Below are positions 37,326-48,707 of a stretch of DNA of 64,000 nt, one piece after another (the stretch's first letter is position 1; every line of letters begins with the position of its first letter). The notes under the pieces were generated by a model that was not told where the DNA came from, did no database searches, and saw only the letters and a program-made list of their open reading frames with translations. The position numbers and the translations under genes are program-made. The DNA comes from Minisyncoccota bacterium. Its GTDB lineage: Bacteria > Patescibacteriota > Minisyncoccia > Phycocordibacterales > UBA2100. Location of the stretch: positions 267,605 to 331,604 of the forward strand of contig DATJXE010000003.1 of assembly GCA_035500505.1 (NCBI GenBank). Direction: 5' to 3'.

Positions 37326-37975
37326 GACAAGAAACGAGAAACAAGATGCAAGGTACAAAGCGGGGGTTCACGCTTATCGAAACCATGGTCGCGATCTCGA
37401 TCCTCATGCTCGCACTCATCGCGCCGATGTCGCTTGCGACGGAGTCGCTCACGGTCGCCTTTTATGCGCGCAACCAGATAACCGCCTTCTATCTTGCGCA
37501 GGAGGGAATAGAGATCGTGCGAAGCGTGCGTGACAGTAACATCATCACCGCCGCGAGCGGGCAGTCCGTCTCCAGCATTTTCGCGGGCATCCCCCAGGGG
37601 ACGACCGCTTCGGACGCGCCGCTTTTCACCGTCGACTCACTGCAGACGACTTCCAATGCCCTGGATGTGTGTGCTTCTTCGGGCCCAACACAGGTGTGTC
37701 CGCCACTACAAACGGACGGTTCGGTCTATGGGTATCCGTCCGCGTGCTACAGCGCGCACGTATCGAACGGCACGTGGCAGACCTCGGATTGTGCCGGGAC
37801 CGACCAGAACTGGAAGAACTCTACGTTCACGCGCTCGATCAAGGCGTACCCCGTCAATGGCAGCCCCCACGAACTCCGCGTTTCGGTGACCGTGACCTGG
37901 CAACAAGGGTCTTTCTCGACGCGCAGCGTCATCATCAACGAAGACCTCTACAAGTGGGTCAACATCGGCTCTTGA
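37322..37975 (+). CDS. minor pilin/pseudopilin
   Basis: RG|FTLIETMVAISILMLAL; ATGA overlap with the upstream gene. Confidence 0.75.
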   Translation: MRQETRNKMQGTKRGFTLIETMVAISILMLALIAPMSLATESLTVAFYARNQITAFYLAQEGIEIVRSVRDSNIITAASGQSVSSIFAGIPQGTTASDAPLFTVDSLQTTSNALDVCASSGPTQVCPPLQTDGSVYGYPSACYSAHVSNGTWQTSDCAGTDQNWKNSTFTRSIKAYPVNGSPHELRVSVTVTWQQGSFSTRSVIINEDLYKWVNIGS

Positions 37976-37976
37976 T

Positions 37977-38549
37977 ATGAAGGAAAAAACAAGGAATCAG
38001 GGACGAACGATAAGAAATTCGCGAGGATTCACGCTGCTTCTTGCGGCGCTCGTCGCTTCCGTCGCGCTCACCCTCGGGAGTTCCATCTATGAAATAGTCT
38101 CGAAGGAATTGGCGCTTTCCTCCATCGGACAAAATTCGCAGTATGCCTTCTACGCCGCCGACACCGCCGCCGAGTGCGTTCTCTACTGGGACGACCGCGT
38201 CGACAAGCACCCGAACACGTTTGCCACATCGACCGACTCGACTGGCCCGTTCGCTCCGGCCGCCTCGATACTATGCGATGGACAATCCGCTCCCGTGACC
38301 ATTCAGAGCCACTCTTCGACGGCCGCGACATCGCTCGTCGGGCCTTCGGGCGGCGGTACGCTTGGTTTTGATCTGTTCACCGACGTATCCTCCGGGTACT
38401 GCGCCAACGTGATCGTGGCGAAGACCAAAGACCCCAGCACGGGCGCAGTGGATACCGTCATCACCGCCAACGGGTACAGCGTCTCGTGCGCCAACGTTCA
38501 GACGTCGCCGAGTGCGCTGCAGCGTACCGTCCAGCTGCTCGAGAAGTGA
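37977..38549 (+). CDS. pilus-associated protein with prepilin-like N-terminus (PilX-like)
   Basis: RG|FTLLLAALVASVALTLG (no Glu at +5); last gene of the pilin block. Confidence 0.6.
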   Translation: MKEKTRNQGRTIRNSRGFTLLLAALVASVALTLGSSIYEIVSKELALSSIGQNSQYAFYAADTAAECVLYWDDRVDKHPNTFATSTDSTGPFAPAASILCDGQSAPVTIQSHSSTAATSLVGPSGGGTLGFDLFTDVSSGYCANVIVAKTKDPSTGAVDTVITANGYSVSCANVQTSPSALQRTVQLLEK

Positions 38550-38576
38550 TATTGCCTCCGCGCTCTGGTGCGATAA

Positions 38577-40601
<2,025 letters not shown>

Positions 40602-40644
40602 CCTGTTACAGTGCGCGCGGAAATCGCATCTGGAGGGATTCGTC

Positions 40645-41133
40645 ATGCAGCAGTCTGTTTGGAGACCGTTAACGATCGGTACGTTCGATACTATAGGATC
40701 GTACTTCGTCGCGCTGGCAGAAAAGAAACGCAACATCAGCGATAGTGCCCGCGCAACGCTCACGGCGGGGGAAATGCGCACCATCAGGGGAAGAAGGGAC
40801 CTTGAACTCGTCCTGGCAAGCCTTCCTGAGCTCGGCTTCAAGAAAGAAGCCGCATACAAGGAGATCGCGGAATGTGCTAAAACGGCCGGCCTTTATCCTT
40901 GTCCCCCGGAGGTCGGACCATCGCTGAGTTTGCAGTATGACGATCAGCCGAACGGCGAGATCGTAATCGTCGCCATGAACCCGATATTCGTGTCCCAACG
41001 GGACTCGCGTCTTTTCGCAGTCGGTCACGGACACGTTCACGGGCGTCGCGATTCTTATTATTTGGCTGCCGGACCAGCGTCAAAAAACTGGGCCTTGGAT
41101 CGCCGTTTCGTTTTCACCAGGGGTCGGCTATAA
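40645..41133 (+). CDS. hypothetical protein
   Basis: 162-aa ORF, no family recognised. Confidence 0.5.
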   Translation: MQQSVWRPLTIGTFDTIGSYFVALAEKKRNISDSARATLTAGEMRTIRGRRDLELVLASLPELGFKKEAAYKEIAECAKTAGLYPCPPEVGPSLSLQYDDQPNGEIVIVAMNPIFVSQRDSRLFAVGHGHVHGRRDSYYLAAGPASKNWALDRRFVFTRGRL

Positions 41134-41203
41134 AACCCTCGTCTCGGAACCGCCCTCGGGCGGTTCCAATTTCTTTTACATGTATTTCGGGTATCATAGA
41201 ACG

Positions 41204-41494
41204 ATGACTAAGGTTGATGTGAGAGCCCTCGCGGAACTTGCCAGACTTGAAGTTTCCGATGCAGAACTCGCGAAGCTCGAAAAAGAAATCCCGGATATTT
41301 TGAAATTCGTCGAGCAGATACAACAAGTGGGCACGAAAGCGGCACCGTCCTCGCCGGAACTTCGCAATGTGATGCGGGCCGATGAAAATCCGCTCGAGAG
41401 CGGTATCTATACCGAGAAACTCCTTGAAGCTGCCCCGAAGCGCAAGGGAGATCGCATCGTCGTGAAGCAGGTCGTTTCGCGCAAGAAAAACTAG
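41204..41494 (+). CDS. gatC: Asp/Glu-tRNA amidotransferase subunit C
   Basis: ~97 aa, DVRALAELARLEVSDAELAKLEKE pattern; directly upstream of gatA. Confidence 0.85.
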   Translation: MTKVDVRALAELARLEVSDAELAKLEKEIPDILKFVEQIQQVGTKAAPSSPELRNVMRADENPLESGIYTEKLLEAAPKRKGDRIVVKQVVSRKKN

Positions 41495-41495
41495 C

Positions 41496-42911
41496 ATGGA
41501 CCTCTCCAAACTCACGATCGCCTCTGCTCGAAAATCTTTGGACGCAAAGGAATATTCTGCGCTCGAGCTCACGAACGCATACCTCGAAAATATTCGAGCG
41601 AAGGACAAAGAACTGCACGCGTACCTTGAAGTATGGACGGATTCGGCGCGCGAGGAAGCGAAGAAAGCCGATGCGATGATAACGGCGGGAAGATCATTGC
41701 CGCTTACGGGCATTCCGCTCGCCATCAAGGACAATATGCTCATCGAGGGCAGGATCGCGAGCTCGGCGTCAAAAATACTCGAGAATTATCGCGCCTCATA
41801 CGACGCGACGGCCATCAAAAAACTGAAAGAACAGGGAGCCGTCTTTTTGGGCAGGACGAATATGGACGAGTTCGCGATGGGCTCCTCGACCGAGAATTCC
41901 GCTTTCGGCCCGACGAAGAACCCGCACGATCTCTCGCGCGTGCCGGGCGGCTCTTCCGGCGGCTCCGCTGCCGCGGTTGCGGGTTCTATTGCACTCGCCG
42001 CGCTCGGAAGCGACACCGGCGGCTCCATCAGGCAACCCGCATCGCACTGCGGCATCGTCGGCTTGAAAACGACGTACGGAGCAGTCTCGCGTTTCGGTCT
42101 CATGCCGATGGGGTCGTCGCTCGACCAGATAGGACCGCTGACCAAAACGATCGAAGACGCAAAGATGGTTTTTGACGCCATCGCGGGACATGACGCGAAC
42201 GACAGCACGTCGCTTCCGGACATTCCGCGAGTCCAAAAATCGATCCGAAAAGTCATCGGCGTGCCACGCGCGTTCGTGCAAACAGGCGTGGATCCCGACG
42301 TGCTTGAACGATTCAATGAAACGCTCGACAAGCTGAAGGCAGCGGGCTATGAGGTGCGGGACGTTGAGATGCCGAATTTGCCGTACGCGCTGCCTGTCTA
42401 TTACATCGTGTGTCCCGCGGAGGTTTCTACCAACCTTGCGCGCTACGACGGGATCCGGTACGGACTTTCAATCGATGCTCCCACGATCGGTGAGGTCTAC
42501 ACGAAGACCCGTGGTGCCGGTTTCGGCCCCGAAGTGCGCCGCCGGATCTTGATAGGCACGTTCGTGCTCTCTTCCGGTTATTCCGACGCGTACTATCGCA
42601 AAGCGCGCGCCGTGCGCGAGCTCATCCGCGCGGATTTCACCCGCGCATTCGAGGATGTTGATGCCATCGCGATGCCGACCTCGCCGAACCCGGCGTTCAA
42701 GATAGGGGAGAAGGCGAACGATCCGCTCGCCATGTATTTGGAAGATATTTTCAGCGTGACCGCCAATCTCGCAGGAGTGCCTGCCGTCTCCCTGCCCGCG
42801 GGAGTAGTCGCGCGCGAAGGCAAGGAGCTTCCGGTCGGGTTCCAGCTCATCGCGCCGCATCGGCACGAAGAAGTGCTGTTCGCGATCGGAAAAGACGTCG
42901 AGGGCGCGTAA
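41496..42911 (+). CDS. gatA: Asp/Glu-tRNA amidotransferase subunit A
   Basis: Amidase signature GGSSGGSAAAVA, catalytic Ser-cisSer-Lys context. Confidence 0.92.
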   Translation: MDLSKLTIASARKSLDAKEYSALELTNAYLENIRAKDKELHAYLEVWTDSAREEAKKADAMITAGRSLPLTGIPLAIKDNMLIEGRIASSASKILENYRASYDATAIKKLKEQGAVFLGRTNMDEFAMGSSTENSAFGPTKNPHDLSRVPGGSSGGSAAAVAGSIALAALGSDTGGSIRQPASHCGIVGLKTTYGAVSRFGLMPMGSSLDQIGPLTKTIEDAKMVFDAIAGHDANDSTSLPDIPRVQKSIRKVIGVPRAFVQTGVDPDVLERFNETLDKLKAAGYEVRDVEMPNLPYALPVYYIVCPAEVSTNLARYDGIRYGLSIDAPTIGEVYTKTRGAGFGPEVRRRILIGTFVLSSGYSDAYYRKARAVRELIRADFTRAFEDVDAIAMPTSPNPAFKIGEKANDPLAMYLEDIFSVTANLAGVPAVSLPAGVVAREGKELPVGFQLIAPHRHEEVLFAIGKDVEGA

Positions 42912-42932
42912 AACGCGCGGTATACTTGTGGC

Positions 42933-43625
42933 ATGGGAGTCGACACGCTCCATGGCGCCATCGGAAATATTTTCTGGTTTTTCGGCGACGTCGCGTTCAC
43001 GTGGGTGCCGGCAACTATTGGCGCAATAACCGGGACGGCCCCCGGCGCTTCGCCGCCGTTCAGCCTTATTTCGCAGCCCGTCACCGCCTCCGACGTCGTC
43101 GCGTACATGCGGCAATATGCGCCGCCCCCGGAATACGCCGACCTGGTGCGCCACTGGGGAGAGCTCGTCGCCATAGCGCTCGTCGTTTCACTCCTCCTCG
43201 CGGCACTCATGGCGTATTGCATTTTCCGCATACTCGAAATACGCCGGCACGAACGGGAGCGGTTTCAAGTCGCCGCGCACCCCGTCGCGGCACACGATAT
43301 CTCGCGCACGCAACTGCATTGGAACAGGGTCGTCGAAGAATCCATGTCGAATGATGAGAAGCGCTGGCGCCTCGCCATACTGGAGGCCGACATCATGCTC
43401 AATGAACTTCTCGACCTCAATGGGTATCGCGGCGAAACGATGGCAGACAAGATGAAGCAGGTGGACCGCGCGAATTTTCACACCATCGATCTCGCGTGGG
43501 AGGCGCACCGCGTGAGGAACTCGATAGCGCACGAAGGCTCCGCGCGCCTTTTGAATGAGCGCGAAGTCCGGCGCGTGATAGGGCTCTACGAGCAGGTCTT
43601 CCGTGAATTCAAATTGGTCAGCTAA
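42933..43625 (+). CDS. hypothetical membrane protein
   Basis: 230-aa ORF, TM at LVAIALVVSLLLAALMAYCIF. Confidence 0.55.
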   Translation: MGVDTLHGAIGNIFWFFGDVAFTWVPATIGAITGTAPGASPPFSLISQPVTASDVVAYMRQYAPPPEYADLVRHWGELVAIALVVSLLLAALMAYCIFRILEIRRHERERFQVAAHPVAAHDISRTQLHWNRVVEESMSNDEKRWRLAILEADIMLNELLDLNGYRGETMADKMKQVDRANFHTIDLAWEAHRVRNSIAHEGSARLLNEREVRRVIGLYEQVFREFKLVS

Positions 43626-44239
43626 ACTTCTTCCTCGATTGAAATATCTTCGCTGTCCTCATCTTCTTCGAACTCATCCGCGTCATCCTCACCGGAAGCT
43701 TGCCGCACGAGGAAACGCGAGAGCGCTCTCGCGATGGACGTGTCGATGTGCGGAACAAGGAAATCTTTTTTCGTTCGGACCTTGCTTAAGGACGTGTGGG
43801 ATGAGGCGATGGTGATGTCGAGCAGCGCGAGTCCGAGGAACCTCCAGTGGTAGGGCTGCTCAATGTGAATGTTGTTTATCTGGTGGTAGGGAATAGTTAT
43901 CTCCTGCACACGTATCAACCCGCGGCGCAAATGCAGCGCGTGTTCGTCGAGGTGGAAAGAATGGGCTCGGTAGATAACGGACGCACGCAGATACGCGATG
44001 AGGAGGAATGCGACGCCCGCGAAGAGTATCCACTGCGAGAGCATGCCGTCGGAGAGGTACCAATTCGGATGATTTGCCAAGAATCCCGCCATTCCGGTTT
44101 CCATCTGCCCGAAGGAAAATTCGTAGGCGAGGTAACAAAGCCCCGCCCCGATGAGGATGAGCCACCAGCCGTGGCGCACGATGAGATACACGAAGGTTCG
44201 CTTGCCGGAGTGGTATTTCCTGTCCAACTCAAGCTCCAT
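43622..44239 (-). CDS. bacterial PH-domain (YdbT/DUF304-like) membrane protein with acidic C-tail
   Basis: Two N-terminal TMs then PH-like domain; C-terminal EDDADEFEEDEDSEDISIEEEV. Confidence 0.55.
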   Translation of the reverse strand: MELELDRKYHSGKRTFVYLIVRHGWWLILIGAGLCYLAYEFSFGQMETGMAGFLANHPNWYLSDGMLSQWILFAGVAFLLIAYLRASVIYRAHSFHLDEHALHLRRGLIRVQEITIPYHQINNIHIEQPYHWRFLGLALLDITIASSHTSLSKVRTKKDFLVPHIDTSIARALSRFLVRQASGEDDADEFEEDEDSEDISIEEEV

Positions 44240-44441
44240 TGCGGTAAGTGTACCACCTCCGGTCCGTGCAAGGTTTCGTGGCTTTTTCGCCCTTTGAAGC
44301 GGGTTTGCGCCGGGTCTGTGGGGACCGGACAACTCAACGGGTTTTCATGTAGTGATCATGAATACGCGAGTAAGACATCGAGTTCATGTCCCGTCTGCAG
44401 GTATGTCCGGTCGAGATTACTCACATTAATGAACACAGCGC

Positions 44442-45152
44442 ATGAAAACGACACAAAGAAAAGCAGATCGTCTCGTAATCGCATGGGTCCTCACCATCGG
44501 CGCTCTTGTCTTCGGCGCATTCGCTTTTGCTCACGCGCAGACGACCATGGTGACGATGCAACTGGGCCCCGGCGACGCAGGTACCCAAGTGACCGCATTG
44601 CAGCAATTCCTCGCGCAGGATACCTCGGTATACCCCGAAGGTCTCACGACGGGATACTATGGCGACCTTACAACGGCCGCCGTGCAGCGCTACCAGTGTA
44701 AGTACAGCATCGTTTGCCAAGGTGATGTCGCCTCCACGGGCTACGGTCGCGTCGGCCCAGCGACGCTCGCTGAAATTGAGACGCAGGAAGGCATCTCGCC
44801 AGGGAACGGCGTTTCGCTGCCCCCGACGAGCACTCCGGTCACAGGACCGGACGTGAACGCCCCTGTCTTGAGTTGGCCGACGGTCTCAACATCGTCCGCT
44901 TCTGCCATCATCAGTTGGACGACGAACGAACCGGCAAATAGCAGCATTCTCTACGCGACAGTGCCGCCAACACTCTCAGCAGCCGGCTTTGCGGCTATGA
45001 CGCACATGACAGCTTCGACGCTAGGCATGTCCCCGAGCGTGATACTATCGGGACTCGTTCCGAACACAAGGTACTACTACGTCATCGAGTCGGTGGACCC
45101 CTCTGGCAATATCCAGTATGGTATCGACCACTCGTTCGTAACGAATTCGTAA
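44442..45152 (+). CDS. secreted PG-binding plus Fn3-like domain protein
   Basis: Signal peptide; LGPGDAGTQVTALQQFL...GYYGDLTTAAVQRYQ; Fn3-like C-domain. Confidence 0.7.
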   Translation: MKTTQRKADRLVIAWVLTIGALVFGAFAFAHAQTTMVTMQLGPGDAGTQVTALQQFLAQDTSVYPEGLTTGYYGDLTTAAVQRYQCKYSIVCQGDVASTGYGRVGPATLAEIETQEGISPGNGVSLPPTSTPVTGPDVNAPVLSWPTVSTSSASAIISWTTNEPANSSILYATVPPTLSAAGFAAMTHMTASTLGMSPSVILSGLVPNTRYYYVIESVDPSGNIQYGIDHSFVTNS

Positions 45153-45235
45153 CGAACCGAACTGTGACAAAACGATGCCCCGCCCGGGCATCGTTTTGTA
45201 CGCGCACTGCAACAAACAATGGGATCGAATTTGTG

Positions 45236-45263
45236 TGCGGGGGCGGGACTGGTCAGGGATAAT
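45236..45263. repeat. partial direct copy of the tRNA-fMet 3' end (TGCGGGGGCGGGACT) plus GGTCAGGGATAAT
   Basis: 15/15 identical to the tRNA 3' terminus at 45432-45446 (plus-strand view); 190 bp beyond the tRNA 3' end; followed by an 11-bp perfect hairpin (45261-45286) and the 20-nt palindrome GTCGCAAAAGCTTTTGCGAC. Confidence 0.6.
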
Positions 45264-45390
45264 TCGTTCGCCGTCGCGAACGAATTTCCACGACCCTGGC
45301 TCGCCGGTCGCAAAAGCTTTTGCGACATGGCTCCGCCTTGCAAGTCCCGACGAGAAGCGCGCAGGCGCTTCTCTCCCCACGCAACAGCAA

Positions 45391-45428
45391 CAAAAGCAGA
45401 ACGCCCCACGAGGAGGCGTTCTGCTTTT
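45391..45428. terminator. bidirectional intrinsic terminator
   Basis: AAAAGCAGAACGCC ... GGCGTTCTGCTTTT (A-run/stem/T-run). Confidence 0.6.
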
Positions 45429-45431
45429 GGC

Positions 45432-45506
45432 TGGTTGCGGGGGCGGGACTTGCACCCGCGACCTCCAGGTTATGAGCCTGGCGAGCTACTACTGCTCCAC
45501 CCCGCT
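45432..45506 (-). tRNA. tRNA-Met (CAU), probable initiator
   Basis: AGCGGGGTGGAGCAGTAGTAGCTCGCCAGGCTCATAACCTGGAGGTCGCGGGTGCAAGTCCCGCCCCCGCAACCA; unpaired 1:72 (A.A) and encoded CCA. Confidence 0.85.
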
Positions 45507-45754
45507 ATCAAAGAAAGACCATTATACGCTCGCGAGAGCCCGGAAGCAAACGGCATTTTTTCCTGAAATGAAGGCGTTTTTCGAACGTCATTGCATGCAC
45601 ACCGTTCGCAAGTTGCGCAAGGTTGAACCTTGCAGAAGGGGACTTGTGAAATATCTCTTAAGAGGCGCGTTGTACTAGACGCACGAGGGAAGCCTCGGAT
45701 CCGCCTCTTGGGAGGGTTCATGGACGGCGTGATCTTAGCAATAACATTCAACCT

Positions 45755-46525
45755 ATGAGACAAACCATTCTCTACGGGCTTATCAGCATTCTTATGGCGC
45801 TCGGCCTGTTGACCGCTGTGCCTGCGTTCGCACAAGGAACGCAAGGACCGGGCGGTTGGGGAGGCCCCGGTCACATGATGGGGAGCATGATGCGTCGTCC
45901 GCCAGGCGTGTTCGGCTCCGTGACCGTCGTGAGCGGCAATACCATCACGCTCCAAAGCAAGGGCTTCGGGAAGAGCGCGACCAGTACGACTACGTACAGC
46001 ATCGACGCGAGCAATGCGACGGTGTTCAAAGACGGCGCCACGTCGACCGTCTCTTCGATAGCGATCGGCGACAACCTCATGGTGCAAGGCACCGTGAGCG
46101 GCACGAGCGTTGCAGCGACGAAGATATATGACAGCATGCCGCAAGGAAAGTTCGGTGGGGGACCGGGCATGCGCCCGCAGCCTTCCTCCTTCCAGGGTAA
46201 CGGCGAGCCGGTCATCGGCGGAAGCATTACTGCGGTGAGCGGCAATACGTTGACGGTCACCAACAAAAGCAACGTGACCTACACCATCGATGCGTCGGGA
46301 GCGACGATACTCAAAGGCAATGCGACGTCTTCGGTCGCGGATATTGCGACAGGCGACAACGTGCTCGTGCAAGGCACCGTGAGCGGGAACACCGTTACGG
46401 CGTCATCGGTCATCGATCAGGGCGTTCCAAAAACTCCTTCCGGCAACGGCTTCGCGCCGCACGGTATCGGGGGATTCTTCGGCGTCATTGGCGGGCTCCT
46501 GCAGCACCTCTTCGGGTTCTTCTAG
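45755..46525 (+). CDS. secreted protein with two ~95-aa internal repeats (DUF5666-like)
   Basis: Signal peptide; repeats VTVVSGNTITLQSK...GDNLMVQGTVSG and ITAVSGNTLTVTNK...GDNVLVQGTVSG. Confidence 0.7.
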   Translation: MRQTILYGLISILMALGLLTAVPAFAQGTQGPGGWGGPGHMMGSMMRRPPGVFGSVTVVSGNTITLQSKGFGKSATSTTTYSIDASNATVFKDGATSTVSSIAIGDNLMVQGTVSGTSVAATKIYDSMPQGKFGGGPGMRPQPSSFQGNGEPVIGGSITAVSGNTLTVTNKSNVTYTIDASGATILKGNATSSVADIATGDNVLVQGTVSGNTVTASSVIDQGVPKTPSGNGFAPHGIGGFFGVIGGLLQHLFGFF

Positions 46526-46528
46526 AGG

Positions 46529-46729
46529 CTAACTGATCTCCTCGAGCGCCGAGAACACGACCTCGGTGCACAGCAAAATAAACACGAGAATGATCGCGAG
46601 TTCGATCGGGCGGGGCGTCAGATAGTAGATCGACGCCCCGGCCGCGTACACCGTATAGCCGGACGCGAGCGCGAGCAGCGCCGAGTTGATATTCAGAACC
46701 GTGTTCCACAACTCCAACTCCAATTCCAT
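46529..46729 (-). CDS. small hydrophobic ORF (uncertain)
   Basis: 66 aa, TM-like; weak evidence. Confidence 0.3.
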   Translation of the reverse strand: MELELELWNTVLNINSALLALASGYTVYAAGASIYYLTPRPIELAIILVFILLCTEVVFSALEEIS

Positions 46730-46777
46730 GGTTCAGCAATATACCACTACTTTGTATAAAGGCAAGTTTTTTCGGTA

Positions 46778-46805
46778 TCGGGGGCGGGATTCGGTCACAG
46801 ATAAC
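46778..46805. repeat. second partial copy of the tRNA-fMet 3'-end repeat (TCGGGGGCGGGATTCGGTCACAGATAAC)
   Basis: Aligns with 45236-45263 (CGGGGGCGGGA[C/T]T-GGTCA[G/C]...GATAA); the downstream sequence looks like a degraded tRNA with an expanded T-loop. Confidence 0.55.
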
Positions 46806-46846
46806 CCGCATGCCGCCGTACGCGGGTTTCCGCGACCCCGCCTCGC

Positions 46847-46862
46847 CCTGCCGGCAGGCAGG
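46847..46862. repeat. palindrome CCTGCCGGCAGG(CAGG), relative of the 20-nt D-loop palindrome at 7937
   Basis: Direct reading; flanked by further hairpins (TTTTGCttagtgGCAAAA; GCGCATC...GATGCGC). Confidence 0.6.
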
Positions 46863-46953
46863 GGTTTTGCTTAGTGGCAAAACATCGCTCCGGCCTTCGA
46901 ATCCCACACGCGCATCGGGCAGGCGATGCGCTCCTCGCACGTCACTTCGTTTG

Positions 46954-47027
46954 TGTCGGGGGTGGGATTCGAACCCACGACCTAGCGCTTATGAAACGCT
47001 CGCTCTAACCGACTGAGCTACCCCGAC
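46954..47027 (-). tRNA. tRNA-Met (CAU), elongator type (could alternatively be Ile2-LAU)
   Basis: GTCGGGGTAGCTCAGTCGGTTAGAGCGAGCGTTTCATAAGCGCTAGGTCGTGGGTTCGAATCCCACCCCCGACA; paired G1:C72. Confidence 0.88.
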
Positions 47028-47234
47028 AAGCTGAGGAGCAAAGTGAGAATAACACATTTGCGCAAGGGGGGCTCGGCCAAGAACAAATCTTGCTTCCGTC
47101 GCAGCAAGATTTTTCTCGGCCCTGATTTTGCGACCCATTCTACTGAATGGGTACCCCGCAAAATCTTTCGAGTCCCGCTGCTCGGCGGCAAAAATATAGT
47201 CACCCGAAGACATGCTTCGGGTTCCTTATTTTTG

Positions 47235-47308
47235 CGCGAGCGGCGGGACTCGAACCCGTAACCTCTCCCGTGACAGGGGAGTGCTCTAACCAGTTGAGCT
47301 ACGCCCGC
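47235..47308 (-). tRNA. tRNA-Asp (GUC)
   Basis: GCGGGCGTAGCTCAACTGGTTAGAGCACTCCCCTGTCACGGGAGAGGTTACGGGTTCGAGTCCCGCCGCTCGCG. Confidence 0.9.
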
Positions 47309-47395
47309 AGGTTGCTTTGTCCCCTGCAAACGTGCGAAGCATAGCAAATTCAGGAGATTTTTCGAGTGCCGGGATGCGATGCTACAATTACACCC

Positions 47396-47881
47396 ATGGA
47401 CAAGGGTGTTGGCAGTGGAGGGCGCATCGAACGGCAGCGCGAGGAACCGGCGGAACTGGTCGTCGAAGAGCTGAAGGACGCCTCCGCGGTGCGGGATGCG
47501 ATCGCTGGGCTCGGACACAACCGCCTGAACGAGCGCGGATTTCTAGACCGGTCGCCCGGCGAGCAGGGTAGGTGGCTCGATCACGTGCAATCGGAGGTGA
47601 TAGATGCCAAGGGCGCCGCGCTCGCAATAAAGCAAGGTGACAAGGTCATCGGATTCGTTCTGGCTGATCCCGATGGCGTCATCACGCAGCTTCGGAGCAT
47701 CGACGAAGAAAGCACTGCTCCCGCGCTCGAAGCGGCGCTCAGGAAGCTGCGGGAGAAGGGGTTCGAGCATCCGATAGTGAAGCTGACAGAAAAAAGCGAA
47801 GACGCGCGAGAGATCCTTTTGAAGAAAGATTTTCACGGAGGAGAGTCGGAGGACGGAAAGATCATGATGAAAAAAGAGTAG
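47396..47881 (+). CDS. hypothetical protein
   Basis: ORF; start at MDKGV placed 6-8 nt after TGCTACAAT. Confidence 0.5.
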   Translation: MDKGVGSGGRIERQREEPAELVVEELKDASAVRDAIAGLGHNRLNERGFLDRSPGEQGRWLDHVQSEVIDAKGAALAIKQGDKVIGFVLADPDGVITQLRSIDEESTAPALEAALRKLREKGFEHPIVKLTEKSEDAREILLKKDFHGGESEDGKIMMKKE

Positions 47882-47885
47882 CGGT

Positions 47886-48539
47886 ATGCGGACCGCGCAG
47901 GAGATATACGCGGCATACCGCATCATGTCGAGCTTGCAGCTGCACCAGTTGCGCGTCGCTGCGGTCGGGAAAACCATTTGCGACCGATTTTCGGGCGTGC
48001 TCGACACGCGCAACGTCGTCCTCGCGTGTCTTTTCCACGATATGGGCAACCTTATCAAGTCCGATCTCGTGACGTTCCCGGAATTTCTCGAGCCGGAAGG
48101 GTACGACTATTGGAAAAAAGTGAAAGACGAATTTGAGGCGAAATACGGAAAGAACGAGCATCACGCGACGATCGAGATCGCGGGGGAGCTCGCGTTGCCC
48201 AAACGCGCGATCGAGCTCATCGACGGCGTTGGTTTTTCGAAACTCGAGACGGCGCGCGATTCGGATTCGTATGAGCAGAAGATCGTGGAGTACGCGGATC
48301 TGCGCGTCGGCCCGTACGGCATACTCTCGATGGACGACCGCATCGCGGAATCGGCAAAACGGTACGTCGGCAAACACCCCGACATGCCGCGCTCGCCGGA
48401 GCGGTTCGCCCAACTCGCCGAGGCCGCGCATGAGGTGGAACGGCAGCTCTTTTCGCGCACCGATATCAAACCTGAAGACGTCAACGACAAAAGCACGGCA
48501 GCGCTCATCGAGGAACTTCGGAATTATTCCATTGAGTGA
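47886..48539 (+). CDS. HD-domain phosphohydrolase
   Basis: H...HD motif (LACLFHDMGNL). Confidence 0.8.
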   Translation: MRTAQEIYAAYRIMSSLQLHQLRVAAVGKTICDRFSGVLDTRNVVLACLFHDMGNLIKSDLVTFPEFLEPEGYDYWKKVKDEFEAKYGKNEHHATIEIAGELALPKRAIELIDGVGFSKLETARDSDSYEQKIVEYADLRVGPYGILSMDDRIAESAKRYVGKHPDMPRSPERFAQLAEAAHEVERQLFSRTDIKPEDVNDKSTAALIEELRNYSIE

Positions 48540-48634
48540 TATTATCGCGGAGCGTTTGCCGAAGTAAGCCCTACGGGCTTTCATCGGCGGCGCTCGGAGA
48601 AAGTGGAAGCAAGCTTCCACTTTGCTCCTCGCTT

Positions 48635-48707
48635 GCCGATGTAGCTCAGATGGTAGAGCAACTCCATGGTAAGGAGTAGGTCGCCGGTTCAATTCCGGCC
48701 ATCGGCT
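48635..48707 (+). tRNA. tRNA-Thr (GGU)
   Basis: GCCGATGTAGCTCAGATGGTAGAGCAACTCCATGGTAAGGAGTAGGTCGCCGGTTCAATTCCGGCCATCGGCT; preceded by an 11-bp perfect hairpin (48601-48626). Confidence 0.9.

Noticed and set aside
47040-47230. Possible structured ncRNA between tRNA-Met and tRNA-Asp (hairpins AAATCTTGCT..AGCAAGATTT and CCCGAAG..CTTCGGG followed by a T-run).
   Set aside because: Most simply explained as spacer processing or terminator hairpins in a tRNA cluster; no recognisable RNase P, SRP or 6S features.
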